Assembly: GCA_046757165.1 (NCBI GenBank)
Contig: JBHHXT010000053.1
Coordinates: forward strand, 1-26,405
Length of the DNA: 26,405 nt
Direction: 5' to 3'
Source: a bacterium
GTDB taxonomy: Bacteria; Zhuqueibacterota; Zhuqueibacteria; Oceanimicrobiales; Oceanimicrobiaceae
Part shown: positions 7,977 to 17,076 of the stretch, in pieces
Layout: each line of letters starts with the position of its first letter
How positions within the stretch are numbered: position 1 is the stretch's first letter
Made by a program: the position numbers and the translations under genes
Notes under the pieces: model-generated
Database searches by the model: none
Told to the model about the DNA's origin: nothing
What the model saw: the letters and a program-made list of their open reading frames with translations, nothing else

Positions 7977-10900
7977 ATGTCTAAGAAATCACTGTTTGCG
8001 GTATCATTGTGCCTGTTGGTACCAGCACTTGTGTTTGCGCAAGGTAGAACCACAGCCTCGTTAAACGGCATGGTGACGACCAAGTCGGGTGAACCGCTTG
8101 TTGGCGCAAACGTTGTCGCGGTACACGAACCTTCGGGTTCGACTTTTGGCGCAGCCACACGCTCCGATGGGCGTTTTAACATCTCTGGTGTTCGTGTTGG
8201 CGGACCTTATACTGTCACCGCCAGTTTCATCGGTTATCGAACCGCCAAGCAAGAGAACGTCAACCTGGCTTTAGCCCAGGATTTGAGAATCACTTTCAGT
8301 ATGGTCGAAGAAGCGCTCGAGCTGTCTGAGATCGTCACGGTGGCAGAAAGAGATGCGATTCTCACGGCCTCGAATACGGGAACGGCGACCCATGTCACCA
8401 CGGCTCAGATCGAACGTCTGCCAACCATTACGCGCACTATATCCGATTTTACACGGCTTACCCCGCAAGTATCCGGATCGGGCGGCAGCGGTGCCACCAG
8501 TGTCGCAGGCAAGAATAATCGGATGAACAATTTTCAGGTGGACGGCGCCGTGCTCAACGATGCGTTTGGGCTCAATGCCGACGGTTTACCCACAGGAGCC
8601 GCCCGCGCCCAGCCTATCAGTCTCGACGCCATCGCCGAGTTCAACGTGGAAATCGCCCCGTTTGACGTCCGTTCCGGTAGCTTTGCTGGCGGCCTGATCA
8701 ACGCCATTACCCGCAGTGGGACCAATCACTTTGAAGGCTCCGGTTACTTCTTCGGCCAGAACGACTCCTTTGTCGGAGAGCTCGATGACAACGAATTTGG
8801 CAATTTCGATGACTTCCAGGGCGGTTTTCGGTTTGGCGGCCCCCTGGTCAAAGACAAAGTCTTTTTCTTTGTCAATGGAGAGGTTAGACGCCGAGATTTT
8901 CCCATCGAAGCCGGTCTTCTCGGTTCCGGAAAAGCAAATGAATTTCCGATCTCAGATGCTGAGATGCAACAGATCATTCAGATTGCCAATGACGTTTATG
9001 GCTATAATCCAGGCGGCTTCGCTCCGTTTACAAACGAAACCAACGACCAGAAAATCTTCGCAAGGCTGGATGTTAATCTCTCACAAAATCACCGGCTCAC
9101 CATCCGGCACAGTTTTGTGGACGCCGAGCGCGATGACGGTATCGACCGCAACGCCCGCGAATATACGCTCGAGAGTAATCAGTTCAAGCGAGATAACCAA
9201 ACGAACTCAACGGTTCTGCAACTAAACAGCACGATTGGCAACAACATGGCCAACGAATTCAGGCTCGCGTACACAACGATTCGCGACAAGAGAACACCGC
9301 TGTTTGCCGCCGCGCCGGAATTCGAGTTGAATCTGGAAAGAGCGGGGGATGGAATTGGTGAAATAAGGTTTGGGGTAGAGCGTTTTTCCCAGGCCAATGC
9401 CCTGGATCAAAACACATTTGAATTCACGAACAATTTGCACTATTTCACGGGCGACCATACCATCACGGTCGGTACCCATAACGAATTCATCTCTTTTGAC
9501 AACCTCTTTATCCAGGATGCGTTTGGCGCCTACGAATTTGACGTCGAATTGGATGATCTCGCCAGCGGCGCGGATGACTTCTCCCAGAACCGCCCGTCGC
9601 GTTTTTTTCTGAGTCAATCTCGCGTTCCGGGCGTTGATAAACCGCGTGCAGACTGGAGTTATATCCAACTGGGTTTCTACGCTCAGGATGAATGGAAAGC
9701 GTCGCCCGAGTTGAACCTGACCTTTGGGCTGCGAGCCGATATTCCATTGATGCCGGATGACCCGCTCGACAACTCTCAATTCACGTCTGAGTTTGGCCGC
9801 AAAACTTCGGATGTCCCCAGTGGCAATATTCTTTGGTCGCCGCGCTTTGGGTTCAATTACGATTTATCCGAAGACCGCACAACTCAAATTCGAGGTGGTG
9901 CCGGGATGTTTGCGGGCCTGCCACCGGCTGTCTGGCTGTCAAACCAGTATAGCAACACCGGCGTCGACTTTGCCCGTGTTTTTCTGTCCGGCTCTTCCAT
10001 TGAGGGTATCCAGGCCTCGGCTGATCCAAACAACCAACCCAACGTTACAGGCGACATCCCGACTTCCGATATCGCGCTGACGGACGAGGACTTCAAGATG
10101 CCGCAGGTTTTGCGCGCCAACCTGGCCATCGATCATCAACTTCCCAACGGCCTGGTGGGCACGCTGGAATTCCTGTACTCGAAGAATATCAACGACGTTT
10201 TCTTCAGAAACCTCAACATGGGCGATCCCAACAATCCGGGTGCACGAATTGGAACCACGCCAGATGGCCGTTCGGATTACGGCAGCTCGCGCTTGAGCAA
10301 TAACTTCAACAGCGTTATCTTACTGGATAACACCACTGAAGGCCGTCAATTCTTTGTTACAGCGCGTATCAAAAAGCAGCTCAATCGTGGCCCGCTCAGA
10401 GGTCTGTTCGGCAGCCTGGCTTACACATTCAGCGATGCTACCGACATCAATAGTGGCCGCTCGAGCCGTGCTATTTCAAACTGGCGCTTCAACGAGACAA
10501 GTGACCCCAATGGTGAAAAAGCCGAGACCTCCGATTTTGAAGTCAAGCACCGTCTCGTCGGGGATCTCTCCTATAATCTCCAATACGGGCGTGGCTTCGG
10601 CACGACCTTCTCAGTCTTCTATGAAGGACGCTCCGGAAATGGCTTTAGCTATATGTATGATGGCAATGTCAATGGTGATGTGTTTACCTTTGACAACGAT
10701 CTTGCTTTTGTACCGGCCAGCCGAAGCGACGTTTCATCGCAGGTTTCAGACGAAGAGTGGCAAGAAATTGAAACCTTTATCAATTCAAGCTCTGCTCTGA
10801 AAGACGCACGCGGCAAAATATTTCCACGTAACTCCGCACGTGCGCCATGGCAAAACCGAATGGACCTGCGTATTGCCCAGCAAATTCCGAGTGTCCGGGG

Positions 10901-11159
10901 ACAGCGTTTCGAAATCACCCTTGACGTCATCAATTTTCTCAGTCTCATCAATGATGATTGGGGGAGAATTGAGTTTGTTCGATTCGATGCGCAAAACTTC
11001 CTCAACTTCCGCGGCTTCGACGATCAAAACAAACCCATCGTCGATTTGGATGTCCGCGACCGTAATAATGATAATATCGTGACGGAAGACGACGTGTTCC
11101 AGACGGCGGATTTCTCTTCCCGCTGGCAATTCCAGTTGGGCGTGCGTTATTCGTTCTAA
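7977..11159 (+). CDS. TonB-dependent receptor, Oar-like, with N-terminal carboxypeptidase regulatory-like domain
   Basis: Signal peptide, GEPLVGANV.AVHEPSG / GGPYTVT domain, plug NNFQVDGA.LND.FG and GG.INAITRSGTN.F.GS, YAQDEW, WSPRFGFNYD, C-terminal QLGVRYSF; AGGAGG SD. Confidence 0.95.
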   Translation: MSKKSLFAVSLCLLVPALVFAQGRTTASLNGMVTTKSGEPLVGANVVAVHEPSGSTFGAATRSDGRFNISGVRVGGPYTVTASFIGYRTAKQENVNLALAQDLRITFSMVEEALELSEIVTVAERDAILTASNTGTATHVTTAQIERLPTITRTISDFTRLTPQVSGSGGSGATSVAGKNNRMNNFQVDGAVLNDAFGLNADGLPTGAARAQPISLDAIAEFNVEIAPFDVRSGSFAGGLINAITRSGTNHFEGSGYFFGQNDSFVGELDDNEFGNFDDFQGGFRFGGPLVKDKVFFFVNGEVRRRDFPIEAGLLGSGKANEFPISDAEMQQIIQIANDVYGYNPGGFAPFTNETNDQKIFARLDVNLSQNHRLTIRHSFVDAERDDGIDRNAREYTLESNQFKRDNQTNSTVLQLNSTIGNNMANEFRLAYTTIRDKRTPLFAAAPEFELNLERAGDGIGEIRFGVERFSQANALDQNTFEFTNNLHYFTGDHTITVGTHNEFISFDNLFIQDAFGAYEFDVELDDLASGADDFSQNRPSRFFLSQSRVPGVDKPRADWSYIQLGFYAQDEWKASPELNLTFGLRADIPLMPDDPLDNSQFTSEFGRKTSDVPSGNILWSPRFGFNYDLSEDRTTQIRGGAGMFAGLPPAVWLSNQYSNTGVDFARVFLSGSSIEGIQASADPNNQPNVTGDIPTSDIALTDEDFKMPQVLRANLAIDHQLPNGLVGTLEFLYSKNINDVFFRNLNMGDPNNPGARIGTTPDGRSDYGSSRLSNNFNSVILLDNTTEGRQFFVTARIKKQLNRGPLRGLFGSLAYTFSDATDINSGRSSRAISNWRFNETSDPNGEKAETSDFEVKHRLVGDLSYNLQYGRGFGTTFSVFYEGRSGNGFSYMYDGNVNGDVFTFDNDLAFVPASRSDVSSQVSDEEWQEIETFINSSSALKDARGKIFPRNSARAPWQNRMDLRIAQQIPSVRGQRFEITLDVINFLSLINDDWGRIEFVRFDAQNFLNFRGFDDQNKPIVDLDVRDRNNDNIVTEDDVFQTADFSSRWQFQLGVRYSF

Positions 11160-11212
11160 CCCATTCGCCCTGAAGGAGCGGATGTTTTCTTTAGCACAAT
11201 AGTCTGTAACTC

Positions 11213-11248
11213 AAGGCCGATGCTCACGTCAGCATCGGCCTTTTTTTT
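11213..11248 (+). terminator. Rho-independent terminator after TonB-dependent receptor
   Basis: Stem AAGGCCGATGCT / AGCATCGGCCTT, 6-nt loop, ending in a T8 run (11241-11248). Confidence 0.88.
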
Positions 11249-11298
11249 GAACTTGGTGTTCGACCCGACAACGTGAACCAGCAACGAAAGCGTTTCTT

Positions 11299-12339
11299 AT
11301 GAAGACAAACAAGCGATGTGTCGTGGCATTCCTGCTTATGGTAGCGAGTTCCCTGCCTGCCAAAGACCTCGGCCTCATTCACTCCTACCTCATCCTGGGC
11401 GGCACGCAAGGCAACCAGATCGAACAGTTCAACGAACCCGATGCGGTCGCTTTCATGCGTGACGGCCGCTTGCTTGCGGGTGATACCGTCAACGGCCGGT
11501 TCAAGATGTACACCTTCTCCGAAACCACGCTCTCGATTGTCGCGGTGGGGAGTCCGGGCGGCGGCGATTGCCAGTTCGACAACAGTCTGGAGGTTGTGCT
11601 GGAGAGCGGCCGAGAAATCTACAACGAGGTTCAGGGGATCAGTTGCAATTCCAAAGACGAGATCTTTGTCGTCGACCAGGGCAATCGCAGGATTCTGGTG
11701 TTTGATGCCACGGGCACCTGCTTGCCCGAACGCACCATCGCACTCGAACCGATCCTGATCAAACCAGACCCGGAAAACGGCACAACCTACACCAGTATCC
11801 AAGGCCTGACCGTGGACGGCGAGGACAACCTTTACTTGACCGATACCGGCACGCGCACAGTTTACAAATTTCTCCCGGACGGCACCCTGGACCCCGAATT
11901 CGAGTTCCAGGCCAGACAGGGAACCGAATACATTCTCGACGATCCAGAATCCATGGTCATCCATCAGGACTGGCTGTACGTCGCCGATGAGGGACACCAT
12001 GTCATCAGAGTTTATGAGCGCAAATCTGGCAAGTTTACGGGCAAAACCATCGGCCATCCGGACTTGTTCGGCGCAGATGTCGAGGGTCTCGCCATTCACA
12101 ACTCCCATCTTTTCGCCTTGAACGAGGCCTCCGGCCAGGTGGTCATCTTTGACCTGAGAAAAAACGACCCATCTGTCGTGGCTCAATTTGGTCAAACAGG
12201 AGTGACCCCGGGACGATTTCTTTCGCCAGACGGCCTGGCCATCAGCCCGGACGGCAAATACCTGGCCGTCGCAGACCAGGGGAATTTCAGGATTCAGATT
12301 TTCCTGCTGGAAGAGATTGAGTCTAGATTGGGGCATTGA
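11299..12339 (+). CDS. Secreted NHL-repeat / six-bladed beta-propeller protein
   Basis: Signal peptide; repeats QFNEPDAVA, IFVVDQGNRRILVFD, LYLTDTG, LYVADEGHHVIRVY, FLSPDGLAISPDGKYLAVADQGNFRIQIF. Confidence 0.85.
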   Translation: MKTNKRCVVAFLLMVASSLPAKDLGLIHSYLILGGTQGNQIEQFNEPDAVAFMRDGRLLAGDTVNGRFKMYTFSETTLSIVAVGSPGGGDCQFDNSLEVVLESGREIYNEVQGISCNSKDEIFVVDQGNRRILVFDATGTCLPERTIALEPILIKPDPENGTTYTSIQGLTVDGEDNLYLTDTGTRTVYKFLPDGTLDPEFEFQARQGTEYILDDPESMVIHQDWLYVADEGHHVIRVYERKSGKFTGKTIGHPDLFGADVEGLAIHNSHLFALNEASGQVVIFDLRKNDPSVVAQFGQTGVTPGRFLSPDGLAISPDGKYLAVADQGNFRIQIFLLEEIESRLGH

Positions 12340-12369
12340 GGCTGTGTTTCATTGTTCTATTGCTGCTTC

Positions 12370-12402
12370 TTCCCTGTTCCTTGTTCCCTATTCCCTGCTC
12401 CC
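12370..12402. repeat. Heptanucleotide tandem repeat (TTCCCTG-like, ~4.7 units)
   Basis: TTCCCTG TTCCTTG TTCCCTA TTCCCTG CTCCC between convergent genes, overlapping the kinase stop codon. Confidence 0.7.
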
Positions 12403-13773
12403 GCTTACAACCTCGTGAATCTTGCGGCTCACTTCCTCCATCTCGAATGGTTTCTTCAAGACCTCGATGAACCCGTGCTGGCGGAAATCCTGCAGGACGG
12501 GATCATTCAAATACCCGCTCGAGACGATGGCCTTGACCTCCGGGTCAATTCTCTTCAAGGCCCGCAAGGTTTCCTTGCCTCCCTTCCCACCCGGCACGGT
12601 TAAGTCCACGATAATAGCGTCAAATCTGTTGCCGGAAGCGAAACTGTTTCGGTATATCTCGACGGCATCATCGCCGTCTTCCGCCACTTCGACCTCGTAG
12701 CCCAGCCGGGTCAGCATGGTCACCAGGCTGTTGCGGATGAATGGTTCATCGTCCATGATCAGAATCCGCCCGCTGCCGGTGGGGAGCGAACCCTTCGGCG
12801 CCCCGCGATTGGGCTGCTCAGCCGCCATCAGCCGGGTGGCGGGCAAATAACAGGTGACGGTCGTTCCGGAACCAACCTCAGATTGGACGATGATGAGGCC
12901 ATCGTGATTTTTGATAATCGCATAACTGGTCGACAGTCCCAGACCACTGCCATCCGGTTTGGTGGTGAAATACGGGTCGAAGATTTGCGCCAACTGCTCT
13001 TTTGGAATGCCATGTCCCTGATCTTGAAATGTCATTTGGACGTAATCGCCATCCTGCAACGGAAGATTCAGCTCGCCATTTACAACGACATTGGCGGCCG
13101 AAACCTCGAGGCGGCCGCCATCAGGCATGGCTTGCACGGCGTTGATGACGATGTTGGCGATGACCTGGCTGATCTGCACTTCGTCCACCTCGACTATCCA
13201 CAGGTCCTCGGACAGACACAAATCGCAGGTAACGTTTGAACCCCGCAACGTAAACTCGATGGTGTCGCGGATAAGCTGGCCAATCGACGTCGCTCTCTTG
13301 AGCGGCACACCGCGCTTTGAAAAGGTAAGCAATTGCTCGGTCAACTCTTTTGCTTGCAGACACGCATTCTGTGCTTCATTCAGAATCGCGTATTTGTCAT
13401 CATCTTCGGCCAGATCCATCTTCGCGGTAGAAATATTGATGAGAATGGCGGTCAAGATGTTGTTGAAATCATGCGCAATCCCGCCGGCCAGAACGCTGAC
13501 CGATTCCAGTTTTCCTGTATCCAAACGCTCCTGTTCAAACAGCAGGGGTTGGCTTTCCTGTGTGGCCGGGCCGGGGCGTTTTCTTTGTGCTAACTCACCT
13601 GCCGCCTCTGGCAGGAGATTGTTTTTCCGGAACCCCCTCGCCAGAGCACCCACGACAAGTGTCAAGACAACCCCCGCCATGAACGGCAGAATCCAGTCCC
13701 AATCAGGAGGATACAAACAAAGGAGAACGGGAGTGTCACACGACAGAAGGAAGGTGGTGGAAACCATAATCAT
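12388..13773 (-). CDS. Hybrid sensor histidine kinase / response regulator (CckA-like HisKA-HATPase-REC), start uncertain
   Basis: AGGIAHDFNNIL H-box, NIVINAVQAM N-box, DQGHGI, IFDPYFTTKPDGSGLGL, receiver ILIMDDE...IVDLTVPG...KKPF; one N-terminal hydrophobic helix. Confidence 0.92.
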   Translation of the reverse strand: MIMVSTTFLLSCDTPVLLCLYPPDWDWILPFMAGVVLTLVVGALARGFRKNNLLPEAAGELAQRKRPGPATQESQPLLFEQERLDTGKLESVSVLAGGIAHDFNNILTAILINISTAKMDLAEDDDKYAILNEAQNACLQAKELTEQLLTFSKRGVPLKRATSIGQLIRDTIEFTLRGSNVTCDLCLSEDLWIVEVDEVQISQVIANIVINAVQAMPDGGRLEVSAANVVVNGELNLPLQDGDYVQMTFQDQGHGIPKEQLAQIFDPYFTTKPDGSGLGLSTSYAIIKNHDGLIIVQSEVGSGTTVTCYLPATRLMAAEQPNRGAPKGSLPTGSGRILIMDDEPFIRNSLVTMLTRLGYEVEVAEDGDDAVEIYRNSFASGNRFDAIIVDLTVPGGKGGKETLRALKRIDPEVKAIVSSGYLNDPVLQDFRQHGFIEVLKKPFEMEEVSRKIHEVVSGSRE

Positions 13774-13840
13774 TCCCCACCCGGGTGGTTCACTCTTCCC
13801 ACCCGGTTCTCAGTCCACAATTTTCTCCCACAATCTCCTG

Positions 13841-13869
13841 AATGTAAAATCTGAACGCCTAAATGTCAA
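13841..13869 (-). promoter_or_regulatory. Sigma70-like promoter for the hybrid kinase
   Basis: Minus strand TTGACA (13869-13864), 17 bp, TACATT (13846-13841). Confidence 0.6.
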
Positions 13870-13891
13870 CGCATTTCCCGGCCCTTTTTGC

Positions 13892-13920
13892 TTGACAATG
13901 AAGCGAGCAAGCGCTAATTT
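13892..13920 (+). promoter_or_regulatory. Sigma70-like promoter for aldehyde dehydrogenase cluster
   Basis: TTGACA (13892-13897), 17 bp, TAATTT (13915-13920); back-to-back with the kinase promoter. Confidence 0.6.
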
Positions 13921-13975
13921 GAATTTTATTATTTCGGTGGCTCTCGGTGTGGTGAAACCGCAAAGCTTATCCTGT

Positions 13976-14057
13976 AACCGCGAATGGGCGCGAATGCACG
14001 CGAATAAAAAAATCAGGGCGAAAAAGAATTGGCGTGCATTCGGGTGAATTAGCAGGT
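13976..14057. repeat. REP-like imperfect palindrome (CGCGAAT units, 10-nt period)
   Basis: CGCGAAT at 13979, 13989, 13999 with degenerate inverted units ATTGGCG / ATTCGGG / ATTAGC downstream. Confidence 0.65.
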
Positions 14058-14135
14058 GGTCAAGAAGGGTCGTGGTGAAAAGTTTGCATTTTTGTGCAAA
14101 ACTCCATTTTAGAAAAAACTTATGAGATAGTAAGA

Positions 14136-15758
14136 ATGAGCGAATTGAACATGACTTTGGACAAAGACCTGCAAGCTATCCAGGAGGTTCGCAATCTCTG
14201 TGCACAAGCGAAGGCCGCGCAATTAACGTTCAAGGAGTTCAGCCAGGAAGAAGTTGACCGAGTGGTCTCGGCAATGGCGGCGGCGGGCTTCCAGGCGTCT
14301 GAAAAGCTGGCGCAACAGGCGGTGCGCGAAACGGGGTACGGCAATGTTCCGGACAAAATCAAGAAAAACCAGTTCGGTACCCGCGATGTTTACGAGTCCA
14401 TTCGCGATCTGCGCACGGTCGGAATCATCCGCGATGACCGCAAGAACAAGATGCTCGAAATTGCCGAGCCGATGGGAGTGGTGGCGGCCATCATTCCGAC
14501 CACCAACCCCACGTCAACCGCCATGTTCAAAATCTTGATTTCGCTGAAAGCGCGCAATGGCATCGTGATTTCACCCCATCCGCGGGCAACCAAATGCATC
14601 CGGGAAGCCACCAATATTTTGATCGACGCCGCGTTGGGGGCCGGGGCACCGGAGGGTTTGATTGGTGTCATCAGCACACCGACACTACAAGCCACACACG
14701 AGCTGATCAAACACCCCGCGGTCGACGTGATTCTTGCCACGGGGGGGACCGGGCTGGTCCGCGCGGCATACAGCGCCGGCAAGCCAGCCTATGGCGTCGG
14801 CCCGGGCAACGTCCCCGTCTATATCGACCGCTCCGCCGACTATCGAAAGGCGGTTTCCGACGTCGTCGCAGGCAAGACCTTTGACCATGGCACGCTGTGC
14901 TCCTCGGAGCAAGCTGTGGTCGTGGACGCCCCCCTGCAAAAACGCGTCAAGGAAGCGCTGAAGGCAGGAGGCGGATATTTTATGGCGCCGGAGGAAATTC
15001 AGAAGCTGGAAAAAGTCCTGCTCACCCCGAACTTCCTCGTCAATGCCGAGATGGTTGGCAAAGCGCCGAAGGTGCTGGCGCAGGCAGCCGGCTTCCCCAT
15101 TCCCGAAACCACCAGAGTCCTGATAGCCGAGCTGGCCGGGGTCGGGAAAACCTATCCCCTTTCTGCCGAAAAGCTCTCACCGACTCTGGTCTTCTATCAG
15201 GTCAGCGGCTGGGAAGAGGGCATCCGTCGCTCTGTCGAAGTCTTGAATTTCGGTGGACGCGGCCACACCGCGGCCATTCATGCCAAAGACGACCAGGTCA
15301 TCCGACAATTCGGGTTGCACGTGCCCGCCTACCGTGTGGTCGTGAACTCGCCGGCTTCCATCGGGGCCGTGGGCTACACCAACCAGCTCATGCCTTCGAT
15401 GACACTCGGCTGCGGCAGCTACGGCGGAAACATCACCTCCGACAACATCAGCGCACACCATTTGATGAACATCAAACGAGTCGCCTATGAAACCCTGCCT
15501 TACTCGGCGCCCAGGAATGGCACGACCTGGCGTCCGACCATTCGCCACGATTGGCAGAATCGCGAGGCGCCTTACATGAAGGCGCTCTCCTCCGAGGTCT
15601 CGAGGAAAGGCTCAGCCGCCAAGCCGGAGCAAGCCGCTCAGCCACCTACCGGACCCGCTCTCCCCGCTGAAAATGACGGGGGATACGGTTCATCCGGCAT
15701 GTCGGAAGCGGAGGTCGTGCAGGTGGTCGAGGCGTTTCTCAGGACCCGAGGCCAGTGA
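14136..15758 (+). CDS. CoA-acylating aldehyde dehydrogenase (EutE/PduP-like) with C-terminal encapsulation-peptide-like helix; start 14136 or 14151
   Basis: DKDLQAIQEVR, EPMGVVAAIIPTTNPTST, ILATGGTGLVRAAYSAGKPAYGVGPGN, FDHGTLCSSEQ catalytic Cys, EKLSP, PSMTLGCGSYGGNITSDN. Confidence 0.93.
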   Translation: MSELNMTLDKDLQAIQEVRNLCAQAKAAQLTFKEFSQEEVDRVVSAMAAAGFQASEKLAQQAVRETGYGNVPDKIKKNQFGTRDVYESIRDLRTVGIIRDDRKNKMLEIAEPMGVVAAIIPTTNPTSTAMFKILISLKARNGIVISPHPRATKCIREATNILIDAALGAGAPEGLIGVISTPTLQATHELIKHPAVDVILATGGTGLVRAAYSAGKPAYGVGPGNVPVYIDRSADYRKAVSDVVAGKTFDHGTLCSSEQAVVVDAPLQKRVKEALKAGGGYFMAPEEIQKLEKVLLTPNFLVNAEMVGKAPKVLAQAAGFPIPETTRVLIAELAGVGKTYPLSAEKLSPTLVFYQVSGWEEGIRRSVEVLNFGGRGHTAAIHAKDDQVIRQFGLHVPAYRVVVNSPASIGAVGYTNQLMPSMTLGCGSYGGNITSDNISAHHLMNIKRVAYETLPYSAPRNGTTWRPTIRHDWQNREAPYMKALSSEVSRKGSAAKPEQAAQPPTGPALPAENDGGYGSSGMSEAEVVQVVEAFLRTRGQ

Positions 15759-15799
15759 GCGAATTGAGACAAAATACCAACAAAATCCCAGAGCGGCCG

Positions 15800-15970
15800 A
15801 ACCGCAAATGAATGGAACACGGATTTGGTCTTGGATGAAAACCAAAGAATCAGGAGCCGAGAATAGATGGAACACGTATCTAACGGATTTAGCGGATCGG
15901 AACGGATTTGGACCTTGGATGCAGCCCCAATCCGTTCCGATCCGTTGAATCCGTGTCATGCGCGTTCTAT
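15800..15970. repeat. REP-like palindrome (ACGGAT/ATCCGT units)
   Basis: Hairpin ACGGATTTAGCGGATCGGAACGGATTTGG ... CCAATCCGTTCCGATCCGTTGAATCCGT (15883-15954), extra ACACGGAT unit upstream. Confidence 0.7.
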
Positions 15971-16007
15971 TTTCTTGCACGTTTTTGTAAACTTTATTGA
16001 TAATACC

Positions 16008-16148
16008 ATGGCAGATGAGGCGCTTCAAGAAACGCTTGCGTTGCTTAAAATCGTTTCTTTGACGGATGAAGATATCAAGAAGGGCGAGGTTTACAGCAAA
16101 GAAGAGGCGTTTGAGTTCATCTGGTCAGAGATTGGTAAAGGTTCTTGA
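16008..16148 (+). pseudogene. 46-aa ORF resembling the C-terminal half of a Phd/YefM-type antitoxin (probable remnant)
   Basis: LQETLALLKIVSLTDEDIKKGEVYSKEEAF matches from memory the QETLALLK.L..G..DI..G......E.F tail of Phd/YefM antitoxins; no N-terminal DNA-binding part and no toxin gene. Confidence 0.5.
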
Positions 16149-16178
16149 GAAGAAACTGAAAGCCCTGTTCCCTTGCAG

Positions 16179-16973
16179 ATGACTCGCAAACTCATCCCGG
16201 TTGGCGTCTCGAACCGCCACCTCCATATCTCTCAAAAAGACTTAGAACACCTCTTTGGCGCAGGCTCGCAGTTGCAGGTCTTGCGTGAGATTTCGCAAAA
16301 GGGCCAATTCGCCAGCCAGGAAGTGCTCGATGTGGTGGGCGCCAAAGGAAAGATCGAGCGCGTTCGAATCGTCGGGCCGGCGCGCGGGCAGACACAGTTG
16401 GAAATCTCACGCTCAGACGCGTACCGGCTGGGCGTGGACCCGCCTGTGCGCTACTCCGGCGATTTGGCGGGGACCCCCGGCGTCAAACTGGTTGGCCCGG
16501 CGGGCGAGCTGGAGCTGCCTGAAGGTGTCATCGTGCCACAGCGCCACATCCACATGAGCCCGCGCGATGCGCGCGAGTTTAGCGTCTGCGACCGGCAGCG
16601 CGTCTTTGTCGCGCCGGTGGAAAAGCACGCGCACGACCCCGGCTGCGAACCGCGCTCGACCATCTTCGGCAACGTTCTGATTCGTGTGGACGAAACGTTT
16701 GTGCTGGATTTCCACCTCGACCTCGATGAAGCAAACGCTGCCGGCCTCGAGACCGGAGACCATGTCTACATCGTTCGGCCGGATGCGAAAGCCCAGCCCG
16801 TGCGCAACCGCAGGCTGATCACCGAAAATGAGGTGCGGCAGGCGATCATGAATCATCGCAAGATCGTCGTCCCCGCGGGCGCGATCGTGACACCGGCGGC
16901 GCGCGATCTGGCCAAAGCGCATGATGTTTTTGAGGATGACACGGATCAAAGAACCACATGGAAACTTTCTTAA
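16179..16973 (+). CDS. pduL: Phosphate propanoyl/acetyltransferase PduL (PTAC) with C-terminal extra domain (alternative TTG start 16173)
   Basis: IPVGVSNRHLHIS, GQFAS, RVRIVGPARGQTQLEIS.SD, SGDLAGTPG, QRHIHMSP, FHLDLDEANAAGL. Confidence 0.93.
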   Translation: MTRKLIPVGVSNRHLHISQKDLEHLFGAGSQLQVLREISQKGQFASQEVLDVVGAKGKIERVRIVGPARGQTQLEISRSDAYRLGVDPPVRYSGDLAGTPGVKLVGPAGELELPEGVIVPQRHIHMSPRDAREFSVCDRQRVFVAPVEKHAHDPGCEPRSTIFGNVLIRVDETFVLDFHLDLDEANAAGLETGDHVYIVRPDAKAQPVRNRRLITENEVRQAIMNHRKIVVPAGAIVTPAARDLAKAHDVFEDDTDQRTTWKLS

Positions 16974-16989
16974 CCTGAATAATTCATTC

Positions 16990-17022
16990 AACGCAAAGGC
17001 GCGAAGAACGCAAAGAGAACGC
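16990..17022. repeat. ACGCAAAG-unit tandem repeat, same family as the 95-bp element
   Basis: ACGCAAAGGCGCGAAGAACGCAAAGAGAACGC. Confidence 0.55.
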
Positions 17023-17076
17023 TCAAGCCGGAACCAAAAAAAGAAAATCAAAACCGAATGCAAAGGCGCAATGAAC

